This document shows positions 1-11,900 of a stretch of DNA of 64,000 bases, piece by piece (position 1 is the first letter of the stretch; every line of letters begins with the position of its first letter). The DNA lies in contig NC_083281.1 of assembly GCF_963506605.1 (NCBI RefSeq), forward strand, positions 38,874,001 through 38,938,000. Reading direction: 5' to 3'. A model generated the notes under the pieces. That model searched no databases and had not been told where the DNA came from. It worked only from the letters and a program-made list of their open reading frames with translations. The position numbers and the translations under genes were made by a program. The DNA comes from Zootoca vivipara. Taxonomy: Eukaryota.

Positions 1-1493
1 GATATGGTGAAATGTTGGCAGTTTAGTCCTACAGTAGTCTGGAATGCTTTTTGTTGGGAGGAGTTTTGCTGGCTGTACTGAACTGCTGTAGAATACGCAG
101 GAATTTGGCTTGTCTCAGAAGTCTTTCTGTACTTGTGTGATTGGCTTTCAACTGTAGGTATATACTGTTCAGTATTCTAGCCATGTATTGGTGAACTCTG
201 AAGAATGGTATTAACGGGATTGTTTCAGTAAATGACATTTGAATGGATTGGAGCTTAAGGGCCTGTTTCTGCTTTGGAGGCTGTACTTCAAAAAATGCCA
301 GGACAGTGTACTGGGCGCTGTATTCACATACTTTGGGATAAGGTGGGTTTGATGAGCTGCAGTGGCCATAATGGGACAAAGCTAGTTTCCAGAGCAAGAT
401 CAAACCACAGAATGCAGCATTGTATGACTGTGAAATTTAAGCATTGGCTGTAGCAGGTTATGCCATTGATAAAACTCCAATTTATGTTCAGTGATAATTC
501 TATTGAGTGTACAGATGTTTAGTAGGGACAGTGTTTTTAGGGAAATTAATGCTCTTTTTGACTTAAATACTTTTTGTCATAATCCTAATTTGGAAAAAGT
601 TATTTGGTCCAGAGGAGCATATTTTGGTAAGAATTTTGTATGATGGGTGAAAAACTTTGAAGTACTTTTGAAATTGCAATTGTCATAAAAAGACAGCATT
701 GTGGAAGGCAACAATTAGAATATATTTGCTTTCCATAAAAACGGACATACTGGAATAGGAGTTACTGAGTAACATGTACACTGATTGTGAAGCCTAGTAG
801 AATGGAAATGGAAAATAACTAACCAAGTGGCTATAAAGCTGTTTGGTAGGTTTTTTTTATCTACCGTAAGAGGAAAACTAGTTTATCAATTGCAACCATT
901 GGTTATGTAAGCAAGGTGATAGCTTGGGGTGGGGCAGAAGAGTAGAACTGATTATTAGATTGATGTGCTAGTCTGCATGCATGTAGAAAGGCTCTAGAAG
1001 TGTGCAGTTGTGTAAATATACAAAGAAAGGGAAGGAGTTAAAAGTAATTTGATTGTCTTTTAGAGCAGACATGGGGAATCCGCAACACACATACCACCGA
1101 TGTTATTGAACCCTGCACTCCCTATCAGCCCCACCTATCATGGCCAATAGTCAGGGATGATTTTTTTATATGTAGTTATAGATATTTGCTATGTTCTTTG
1201 ATATTTTTGATGTACAACCTAACTAAAACATTTGTTGAAAAGTGGTTTCTTAAGCCTTATAAATAAGCAATAGGAGGTTTAGCAACATCTGGAGGGTGAT
1301 ACACATTAGCTGCCGTTATTCTCGGGAGAAGGTTTGTATCATATTAGTTTCATATTTGCAGAGTTACCGTTATTCTGCATATATACTCTGGTTTCTCTTC
1401 AGATTGTATAAATCTTTAACCTTTTACATTTTTCTGCATAGTTAGCAGTTCCTGAAAGCTTAGTCAATAGTGTGTCATTAATTGTATTTTTAG

Positions 1494-1682
1494 GGTTTTA
1501 AAGCCAATTTGTCGCTTCTGAGGCGGCCTGGAGAGAAGACCTACACACAGCGCTGTCGTCTCTTTGTTGGGAACTTGCCTGCTGATATAACGGAGGAGGA
1601 ATTTAAGAGGTTATTTTCTAAATATGGTGAACCTGGTGAAGTCTTTATCAATAAAGGAAAAGGCTTTGGCTTTATTAAACTG
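1494..1682 (+). CDS. SFPQ: SFPQ coding exon 2 (start of RRM1)
   Basis: tttttag|GGT acceptor, CTG|gtgagt donor; 189 nt encoding [63 protein letters not shown], the DBHS-family RRM1 of SFPQ. Confidence 0.97.
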
Positions 1683-1802
1683 GTGAGTGTAATTTTTATA
1701 AATTTTTCATATGTGTTATACATATTACTGCTTAATGTTATGCACAGTTAGAAGGTTAAGAATGTAAAAGAGGTAACATTTCTGTTGTTAATCTATTCAC
1801 AG

Positions 1803-2104
1803 GAATCCCGAGCTCTTGCTGAAATTGCAAAGGCTGAGCTTGATGATACTCCCATGAGAGGACGGCAGCTTCGTGTGCGTTTTGCCACCCATGCTGCTGC
1901 TCTTTCTGTGCGTAATCTTTCCCCATATGTATCCAATGAATTGCTGGAGGAAGCATTTTCTCAGTTTGGCCCAATCGAAAGAGCTATTGTGATTGTAGAT
2001 GATCGTGGCAGATCAACAGGAAAGGGCATTGTTGAATTTGCATCTAAGCCAGCAGCTCGGAAAGCATTTGAACGTTGCTCTGAAGGCGTCTTTCTTTTGA
2101 CAAC
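1803..2104 (+). CDS. SFPQ: SFPQ coding exon 3 (RRM1 end/RRM2)
   Basis: ttcacag|GAA ... AC|gtgagt; [61 protein letters not shown]... Confidence 0.97.
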
Positions 2105-2219
2105 GTGAGTAAATGTAATAATTGATTGGAATTTGTGTGGTTATGGTAGTCTTCAATCCATTACATGCAACTTGAAAATTTCAGCACTATTTTAAAGTGT
2201 CTTTTGCTCTTATTTTTAG

Positions 2220-2315
2220 TACTCCAAGACCTGTTATTGTGGAGCCCCTTGAACAGTTGGATGATGAAGATGGTCTTCCAGAAAAGCTGGCTCAGAAAAA
2301 TCCAATGTATCAAAA
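2220..2315 (+). CDS. SFPQ: SFPQ coding exon 4
   Basis: tttttag|T ... AA|gtaag; [32 protein letters not shown]; phase consistent with exons 3 and 5. Confidence 0.96.
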
Positions 2316-3868
2316 GTAAGCACTTTTAAACATGTACGATTAGCATAACTTAATATTGATTGTAGTTTATAATGCATGAGGTGTAAAGTGTGTTCTCTGA
2401 ACCTAAAAAGCCTTGAGAAATTTCCCATTGAGCTAAATAGATGGAGATCTGATTTGACGTACAGTATTCATTTGATTGTTAATTTTGCTTACTAAATGCA
2501 CATCATGTTAATTTTACATGATGTATCTTAAAAGGTTTGTTAATAGCTAAAGGTATTGACATATTTTAGCTGAAATTCAGTAAAATGTATTTACTGTGGT
2601 ACTGAAATTAAAACTATGTGGGATTACTTTGACATGGGAACTCGATAGCATACTTTACACCAGAGCTGGGAAATTCTGAGGCTCCGTGGGCCAAGTCCTT
2701 GTCGCAACCAATCTTGCACACCAAATTTGACAGGTTTGTTGGATTGCAGACATTTCAATCACATGATTGACAGTCGGGTTGTCTTAGCCACCTGTCAAAG
2801 CCTCTTGCTTACCACCTGGCCAGTGCTGCAGAAGGAGCGAGCAGCAGCAGTTGAAGCAGGAGGAATGAAGACAAGAAAAGGTTTGGTTTTTTGTTTTTGC
2901 AATTCCTTCCCCTCCTATGGGAAGCAGAAGCCTGCAGTATACATACTTGCTTTGGCTGTCTGTGCAGAATTGGCCCATGCTGGTTAGCTGATGAGCAGGA
3001 GCCCTGGTTGGCAAAATACTTAAGCAGTGCCATTCAGAATTTTACCCTGTCCTGTCACACATTGGCTGAAGTCAGCAGTGTTTATCCATGGGACATGAGT
3101 TTCCCACCCCTGCCGTCCATTCAAGTTTTTAAAGGGAAGGGCACTAAACCTGCTTGCACAGCATAAATTGTGCTGCTTTGGGATAGCAATTTGACACATT
3201 TTACATTCGGCTAGTATTGCGTATACTTTTAAATGCGTTTTAAATCACATTTAAATGTGTGATTTAATGCTGACAGGATTAGAGCCCAAATCAGAACCAC
3301 TGAAAAATGAGAGAGGTATCAGTCAGTATGCTGAAAGGCCCCCCCCCAAGGTTTGCAGAAGTTTAAAAAATCAATTGTAAGCCCCCACCTCTGCATCCTA
3401 ATGAGAACAGAAGAACTCAGTAACCACAGGATATTGGATTTATTGGAAAAGAAAACGAGAAATTAGTGAGTCCTTGTTTGGAGACAAGGAAAACATCCAA
3501 CATGTTACTTTAGAGTCCACTTACCTATCTCAGTGGCTTATTGGACATGATTTTGTCTTTAATTTTATTTTATGAAACAGTACATTTATAAAAAAATAAT
3601 TCTCTGCAGTCCTTTCCCATCCAATATTTCTGATCATTTGTGCAGTTTTATTAGCTGATCCTTTTTCCTATCGTATATTAATGGTTCTTGGTAACTATAG
3701 TGATTCCAATCTAAAAGTTCCTTAATGTCCTAATTTTAAGTTTCCGTGGATTTTCAGTAGTCCTGAATTTCTCATTACTTGTTACCTGACTTAATCAATA
3801 TTGCTGCTGACTATTTTGGCAAATAAGCTCTACTGTCATTATTAATTGGATTTTCAATTGGTATCTAG

Positions 3869-4065
3869 GGAGAGAGAGACTCCTCCACGGTTTGCACAGC
3901 CTGGAAGTTTTGAATATGAATACTCTCAGCGATGGAAGTCTTTGGATGAAATGGAGAAACAACAGAGAGATCAGGTGGAGAAAAACATGAAAGATGCTAA
4001 GGACAAACTGGAAAGTGAAATGGAAGATGCATACCATGAGCATCAGGCAAATCTTTTGCGCCAAG
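3869..4065 (+). CDS. SFPQ: SFPQ coding exon 5 (NOPS domain/start of coiled coil)
   Basis: tctag|G ... G|gtatt; [65 protein letters not shown]. Confidence 0.96.
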
Positions 4066-4771
4066 GTATTTTACCAGTCATTGCTTGATTTTCTGCATCT
4101 CCTCCCCAGAGTCAGAGCGCTTGCAAAACTTGCCTGAAGAGCATTATTAGCTGAACTGAGGCCTTCTGAAGCTATGTGAGCTTTTCTGGGAAGAAGCATC
4201 TTCACCTCTTGGTAAAAGGGTTCTGCAGAACCTTCTGGGTCAACTATTCCTACAGAGGCTAAATAAGCTCTGGTTCCTGCTTTGCCAGGGTTGTGCTAGA
4301 CTACTTTTTTTGGGGGGGGTACCTTCCAACTCTACTGTAGTGCTAGGATTCTGTGACCTAATGTTGTATTCAAATATGTTAAGCAGTGCAAAGTACATGA
4401 TGCTTTGCTTCGAGAGCTAACTGTAGAAATCTTTTAAGTACCTGAATCCCATTTACAAATGAAAGTGTAATGGTTGGAATGCTTCTTGGAGAGGCACTGC
4501 AAGATGTGAATGTTGTCCACCTTCAGACCACTGGCTGGAAGTAGTTAGGTCATTGCCAATGCAATGTTTGCCCCATATATATACATATGCCATCATAAAT
4601 TTGATGAGAACAATGTGATTTTAAGCAGGGGAACTAGACAGCTGGTTGTATTATGTACTTTAGCTTAACTTCACACATGACTGCTTTTTAAAAAAAATTC
4701 TGATACTGTCTTGGAATAAGCAAGATGCTTATGTATGGTGAATTGTTGGTAATGTAAAATCAAATTTTCAG

Positions 4772-4856
4772 ATCTCATGAGGCGACAAGAAGAACTGAGG
4801 CGTATGGAAGAACTTCACAATCAAGAGATGCAAAAACGCAAAGAAATCCAGCTGAG
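4772..4856 (+). CDS. SFPQ: SFPQ coding exon 6 (coiled coil)
   Basis: ttttcag|AT ... AG|gtaa; [29 protein letters not shown]. Confidence 0.95.
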
Positions 4857-5058
4857 GTAAAAATACTACTTTTTGTTTCATGTTTTGGAGTGAGCTGTTT
4901 ATCATGTTTGTTTCTTTAATTGTGTTCAGATTATCATTTACGTTGGCTCTTTCAACAAAGTTTGATAGTTTCATGATACTTAAGTACAGAGTTTTAAGTT
5001 TACAGAGATGCAGAATTTAGTGATATTCTGGAATCTAATGGATAATCTGAATTTTCAG

Positions 5059-5176
5059 ACAGGAAGAAGAGCGCCGTAGGCGGGAAGAAGAGATGATGAT
5101 CCGCCAACGTGAGATGGAAGAACAAATGAGAAGACAGAGAGAAGAAAGTTATAGTAGAATGGGTTACATGGACCCT
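5059..5176 (+). CDS. SFPQ: SFPQ coding exon 7
   Basis: ttttcag|A ... CCT|gtaag; QEEERRRREEEMMIRQREMEEQMRRQREESYSRMGYMDP. Confidence 0.95.
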
Positions 5177-5372
5177 GTAAGTTAGGGCTATGCCCAGGTG
5201 CTTGCTCCTCATGTTTTGATCCCTAGGAGTTCAAAATACATTCTTAATTCTGTACTTGGAATTCTAAAATATTCCTCCAGTTTTGCTGTATATTTCAGCA
5301 ATCTCATGAGAGATAATGCTATCTTACTCTGATTTGTGTATCGTACCAAGAATGCAAAGCATGAAGTGTTTT

Positions 5373-5437
5373 GTTGTTTAATCATGTCCGACTCTTCGTG
5401 ACCCCATGGACCAGAGCACGCCAGGCACTCCTGTCTT
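5373..5437 (-). mobile_element. 65-bp 5'-truncated Bov-B (RTE) LINE 3' end
   Basis: Reverse complement reads ...GCCTGGCGTGCTCTGGTCCATGGGGTCACGAAGAGTCGGACA..., translating as DRSAWRALVHGVTKSRT (Bov-B ORF end); perfect 13-bp TSD CATGAAGTGTTTT at 5360-5372 and 5438-5450. Confidence 0.85.
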
Positions 5438-5486
5438 CATGAAGTGTTTTATTTGTTCCTAAAACTCTGTATTTTGCTTTTTGTAG

Positions 5487-5535
5487 AGGGAGAGGGACAT
5501 GAGAATGGGAGGTACCAGCACAATGAACATGGGAG
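5487..5535 (+). CDS. SFPQ: SFPQ coding exon 8
   Basis: ttttgtag|AGG ... G|gtaaat; RERDMRMGGTSTMNMG. Confidence 0.93.
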
Positions 5536-5616
5536 GTAAATAATTTTTCAGTTAAACTTTTCACACAAGAATGATTGTAATCTATCCTGCATATAACCAC
5601 CGGATTTCTTTTATAG

Positions 5617-5738
5617 ATCCCTATGGTACAGCTGCTCAGAAATTCCCACCTTTAGGAGGTGGTACTGGCCTTGGCTATGAAACCAGTCCTGGAGTTGGAC
5701 AAGCATCTATGAGTGGCTCCATGATGGGAAGCGATATG
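5617..5738 (+). CDS. SFPQ: SFPQ coding exon 9
   Basis: ttttatag|AT ... ATG|gtaatg; DPYGTAAQKFPPLGGGTGLGYETSPGVGQASMSGSMMGSDM. Confidence 0.94.
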
Positions 5739-8366
5739 GTAATGTATTCTGTGGCAGCTTGACTTCAATTCCAAACAAATTCCGTAGATGTGTAGCACCT
5801 CTTACCTTCCTTTTTCCAGAAGTGTGAATAGTGCAAAGCAAGGGGCTTCTTGGGCAATGTAAAGCTGAGACACGTCTTTGCTTGGTATGGTGGGAGGTCT
5901 ACTCGGACACTCCTGCTTCGGGTATTGCTCTTTCAGTAGCTGGTTGGGTTTGGAGTTCTTTGGTTGAGCTTGGAAGGAATTCATCAATTTTCATCTTCGG
6001 AAAAATTACAAGTTCTTGTTGTTAGCTTAATGAGCAGAAGTGGTCTGTCACTTTCTGAACTTGAGTTGACTGTGGGACATAAAAGTGATAGTGAAATACT
6101 TGTAAAATAGATGGAGGCACACTCTTCCAAGCCTAATTATAATCAGCACACCTTGTGAAACGCATACTTTTTACTATTTAATGCAGCTGATTAGTCACAG
6201 GTAGACAGTAGTGAGCAATCAAATACAAACAGTATACCGTATTGTATTTGTTGGCTTATGCCATAGCATGTGAACAAAGCAGTTCTTGCTCAAGGTAGGC
6301 AGGTTCTTATTGTACGGTACTTCTTGATTAAGTTGCTTGTTGATGCTTAAAGGACAATATATAATTTGGTCATGATGTTTAGATACTGCTTAAATTCCCT
6401 TACTTAAGAGCGATCAAAGGTTTGTGGTCACAATTCTCTTTCCCACAGTGGCCGATCAGATGCATCTGGATTATCACAAGGAAGGCATGAAGGCAGTAGC
6501 GCTCTTTGAATTTGCTGCTCCCTAGCTAACTGGCACTTGCATAGTGCCTCTGAATCTGGAGGCTCTGTATAGCCATGGTGGGCTAGTAGATCTATTGATA
6601 GACTTTTTATTCATCCATTATGCCTGTACTAGTACAGTAGGCCTTGTAAAAATATGCAGAGTCACACTATATGTGTGGTATATTCTGTAATCCAAGTGTA
6701 GTCAGTGCTGGTGTGGTGCATACATACACCTTAAGGGTATGCTCTAATGCATGATTTAAAATTCATGGCCAATTGTAGGGACAAGATGAATGTGCGCATC
6801 ACAGTTTTTTGCTCACTAGGATAAACTCCTAGTACCTTGTGTGCCACTTTTTTGTGGAAACAGAATCTCCACACCCCCCCCCCCCCCGGGGAAACTAGTT
6901 CTTAAGATGGTGTCTTAGGAACTAGGTGACCTTGCAGTTTAAAGGATTAGCAATTGGTTTTAGGCTTCTATTGAAATAGGTAGTCTGGTAAATCCTAGAT
7001 AAATGTTTTCAAAATTTTAATAGTACAAACAGTGCATATGAAATACTCAAAAAGTCTTGGAACTGGTGGTATTGGAAGAATGCTTTTCCAGTGGGCAGTG
7101 CTTTGCATGTAGCAATGTGCTGCCTTACCTGCTAATAACCTTTAAAAGTAGACTGTCCGCACAGGATATGCTCATTCTTGGCCTTCGGGGATTTTAAAAC
7201 AACCAGCAGGAAATTTTACTAAAGTTGCTTGTTTGCACACTAGGAATTCCAGACTCTTGGTGATTCCAAGATTGGATACCTATGCAAATCAGTGAAGGGC
7301 TCATGCATGTGATTTGTCATTAGTGATTTTTTTGGTTGGAGCGTTCTAGGTTTTGGTTTGTGGGATTACTGTGGAGAAAACTTTCACAAAATGAATCTGC
7401 ATGTGTATCTGGTTAAAGTGATTCATACAGTTAGTTTTCAAAGGAGCCATGCTGAATGAATTGGCTTCTAGAAAGCCTTTTTTGTATGAAAGTAGTTCTA
7501 GGTTTAACCTCACAGGACTTAACATGAAATATTTGATCCATTTCACTCTACTTGGTGCCTAATAGCTCAATAAAAAATACAGATAATTGGAAAGTTAACT
7601 GCTCTGTTTTATCATTGTCTGAACTTTTGTGAATCCTTGGGAAACGAATTGAAAGCGTTCAGTATCTGCAGAGTCATAGTGGACTTCTTGCTAAACCTCA
7701 TGAGGTTAGGGACCTCTGTGGGGCTGTTTAGAGCAGTCAAACTACTTAAAAAGCAAAATTCTGTGCAAATAGTTCATATTACTTTGTCTTGGTTAGGTAA
7801 ATCTATCATTAGGCTCATGTTATTCCTTGTTCTTCATTGGTGTCTTAACAACTTTTGCTCTCAGATTTCTGCATTTTCAGTAAGCAGACTGTAGTCTTGA
7901 GTCATGACAAACTATTAAATTGGTAAGTAGTCATCTTTACATAAGATGACTCCTTTTGGGAGCTGAACCTGGCCTATGGCTAGGCTTACTTGGGCCTTGT
8001 TGACTGACAACTTTGTGCTGCAGTACAGATGAGCAAAGTAATGGTGGCAGACTCCCAGAACTCTCTTTTTGAGACAATTCTTAGATCAAGCCTATACTAA
8101 TGATTGCATTTTTAGCACTTCAGGGAGATCTTTTTGCTGAAGCAGGCATTTGAGAATGGATCAAGTTGGGAACATACCTCAAGGCATGTATTAAATTAAA
8201 CTAATTATTAAATTACCCTTTTTTCCTTTCTATGTTCCCGGTACCCTGTGGATCGGCTCAATGGTGATTGTATCGACGAACGTTGACTACGGAACCTTCT
8301 AAAATATATACTTAAAACACATGGACATCAACTACATATAATGAACTCTTTAATATGTTCTAATAG

Positions 8367-8504
8367 CGCCCAGAGCGATTTGGGCAGGGAGGTGCGGGGC
8401 CTGTAGGTGGCCAGGGCCCTAGAGGAATGGGGCCTGGAACTCCAGCAGCTTATGGGAGAGGGAGAGAAGAATATGAAGGCCCAAACAAAAAGCCCCGATT
8501 TTAG
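8367..8504 (+). CDS. SFPQ: SFPQ coding exon 10 (canonical last exon, C-terminal NLS)
   Basis: taatag|CGC; RPERFGQGGAGPVGGQGPRGMGPGTPAAYGRGREEYEGPNKKPRF* (TAG 8502-8504). Exons 2-10 total 1296 nt in one open frame. Confidence 0.96.
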   Translation, partial: RPERFGQGGAGPVGGQGPRGMGPGTPAAYGRGREEYEGPNKKPRF

Positions 8505-8777
8505 ATGTGACTTGTAGATTTTCATTCCAGTTTGTTTTGTTTGTCTTGTTTAGACACTACTTTTTTTTAATTCTTGCATTTTAGTAAGAAAGCTATGTTT
8601 TTATGGATGTTAGAAACTTAATGACCTAGAATTTGTAAGTGGTCTGGGCAAGAAAAATATAATTATGTAATGCAGTGTTCAAAACCTAGCTTTTTTGATG
8701 TATAACGTCCCTTCCTTGATGGCAGTGTACGGTGTGCCATTTGAATTCCCAAGTGTAAACTTTTTTTACTGTGCTAA

Positions 8778-8940
8778 AATAAATAGACTAAATGTAGCAA
8801 TGGTTTTTATATCGTAAACGTTATCCTTCTTGGATCCAAGTATACAGAGCAAAGATACTGCACCTTCCATTGTGCATACATTGCTTGAAATCTAATTTGG
8901 TGTCTGGCACAACATGACCTGGGTGCTGCTTTGCAATAAA
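8778..8940 (+). terminator. SFPQ: Candidate proximal poly(A) signals of the SFPQ 3' UTR
   Basis: AATAAA at 8778-8783 and 8935-8940 downstream of the stop codon; usage cannot be determined from sequence. Confidence 0.5.
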
Positions 8941-11900
8941 ATGTCTTAATTGAGCTGCTGACCTATCAATATGCAATGAGACCTAATTAGATGAGTATGA
9001 AATAACTTAAGAGGTGGACTCATCTTGAAAATACACCTACGCTCGTTCTACGAAAGTTGCAATGCAGTTAGTACTTGATTTTGTGTTAAGGGGCTTAAAG
9101 GCTTTAATTGCCCTGCAGTAAGGAAGCACTGGCAATCTGATGCAGACACACAAAACTTACTTTAGTCTTGAGTAAGATGGTCGGAGAAGGGAAATGTGTT
9201 GGCAGACATTTAGTAGTATTTGCTGCTGAGTATCTTAAAAGCATCTCCCATTTCAGGTTTCATAACATGGCTTGTATTGAACTTCTATCTGAACTTCTTT
9301 TAAAGGATTGTTCAGTGAGACATCCCAACATGTTCAGTGTTATAAGACCTGGCTGCCCTTTTTTACTGTTAATGTTTAATCAGAATGCTTGGATGGGAGG
9401 GCACTTGTATTTTACAACTCTTGCAGTTTGTGAACTCGAGTACAGAAATGAAAGTATCCTTTGTTACTTTGGGGTTAATAATGCATAGTATCCTACACTC
9501 TAGTAAATTGCCAGACAAACCTGATGCTTGAGGTTCTAAATATTAAAATTTGGAAGTTTTGAACCTCAGGACACATTGTATACATTTGGTGTTAAATCTA
9601 GTAGGGTGGTTGAATCATTCATCCTTAACTTAATAAAAGACATGTATGAATTAAAGGTGTCTTGGACTCCATACCCTGATGGCACCTAAAATGCTGGGAG
9701 CAGTGTTTCCCAGTTCAAAAAATACTGTGGTTGATGAAATGAAGATCAACCTGCTTGGTTGCATTTTATTCTGGATGTTTATTCAACAATTGACTATTAC
9801 AGCTTTTAATCCTTCAAATGTGTTACTCTGTTTTGGCAATAATGGGCTACCTGTAATATGCTTAAAACAGGAGCAGATAAACCTTGGTGCCATCAATGAT
9901 TACATCTTGATCATACAAACTATTAGCACAAAGCTCTGTGCTAAGCAACATTTTAAATGCAAGAATGCTGGGAAATGGTGGTTAAGGCTGCTGGATGATT
10001 GTTTAGTACTGCAGTTGGATTGAGCTACATTTCCACAACCTTTCAGGAAGTGAGATCCAAAACCAGCTGCTATAGGAACAGTAGGGAAATGTTTAACTTA
10101 CAGTTCTTGAGCTGGATACCTGTGTAGAGAAACCCTTGTATACAGGTCAGTGAACCTGCAAGTTCAGCTTCATTGTCATTTGATATTAGGGGCTCAGTCA
10201 CCTGCAGGTCATTTTCTGAAAGGGTGTTCATGTGACACCCACTGGAAGAAACTCAGATTGACAGTGGTGGGGTCTCTGGACGTGGACACTAATTTTCAGT
10301 TTATTTTTCAGATTACATGCCATTTTTCCTTAGGATGCTGGCACATACCCTAAACCATGCTCTTTTCTAGTACTGTAATCTTGAAGAGTGAAGGAGGCTG
10401 ATGGTCCCATTACCTTCCTAAGGTTCATTTCTTGTTTCATTCTGTCTAAATCTAGGCTGATGTTAAATCTGGACAGATAGTGAGCTGCAGTTTATTCTTT
10501 TACCTTACCTGGCAAGTCTTGACAACTGCACATTTAAATACCTGTATAGTAGTTTGACTTCAAAGCATATTAAGCAGGACCCCAAGTACCAGCAAATTAA
10601 TTGATTCTGAGTTCTCACTGAATTGGATGTTCTATTTAGTTTTTATCTTTTTAAAAATGTGTTTTAAACACTTCTTTGGGCTTACATGCAGGTGCTTTTT
10701 GAGCAGAAGAGTGACTATTACACTTCTGCATGCCCACTATGCTTTCAGTCAACAAAAGGGCCTCCGCACAAATTCCTATCTCTTCCCATGTTCTTAAACC
10801 CCCTAGCATGCTATAACCACATCCTTGCCGGTTATAATGAAAAACTGAATTTATGTTTCTGTGCGTATTTTGTGGTATCTGCTTTTTTAAAAACAACTTC
10901 TTGGCATCTCCTGGGCAACCACTTGTGGCAGCATGCTTTTTTCTGGAGTTTGAGACTGCAATATGACACTGTTTAAAAAGTAGTGGCCTGCTACATAACA
11001 GCACTTAGTCAGCATTTTCGCAGTGCATAACTGTGAGGAACGTAGTACCACAAGTGGACATTAGGACCTGGAAGTAGTATTCCTGCTTGCTCCGAGATTC
11101 TTTGTCGCCTGCATACAGGTAGGTAAAAAGCACTATAATCTAACTTGGTGACTTTCTGTGTAATCTTGCTGTGGGGGTACTCTGGCATCACACTTCTGAC
11201 CATGGAATTTCAGTGCAGCACTACTCATACTGTATGATGCTTAGATTTGAGGCCTAACCTGCAATCAGCATTAGGCAAGCTAACCGTGATGCTGAGATGT
11301 GTGCCTCAGACCCGTGATTCCTTCGTGCATATGACTTTTTTCCATCTTTACTGTGTACCAAAAAGATTCTTAGAGATCAATGGGGATGGGAAAGGGAGTA
11401 CAACTTGTAAATATCTACTCAAGGTCCTGTTTGTTGCTCATAGGAATAAGTACTCTTAATACATTTTCCACTTTCATGGCAAAATCCACATTTCAGCCCT
11501 TTATTGGCTAGAAAGCTATATATTCATATGTAACTTGCCCTGGTTGCTGGGTGGGGAGTGGTGTTTTGTAACTTTAGTGGTTAGTTATGTAATGTGTTTG
11601 GGTGGCTGTGGAATAATGGCTGTGGAATTTGTTCAAATGATACACTGAAAAAAATCGAACTCCCACTTCTCATGTTCCATATACATCTTACCAAAAAGGT
11701 GTAGCTTCTTCTGTTTCATTGATGGTGAAAATACATAATGGGGTTACATACCTAACATGTATTACCCTCCAGGTCTGTTGGCTTTGTTTGCTAGGTAGTT
11801 CAATATTCTGTGTCTTAAAAAGTGTTTCCATCTGATCTGGCACAAGAATTGGAAATATTTTACTTAGGGCTGAACTGTGCTTCTGTCAAACGTAGGTACT

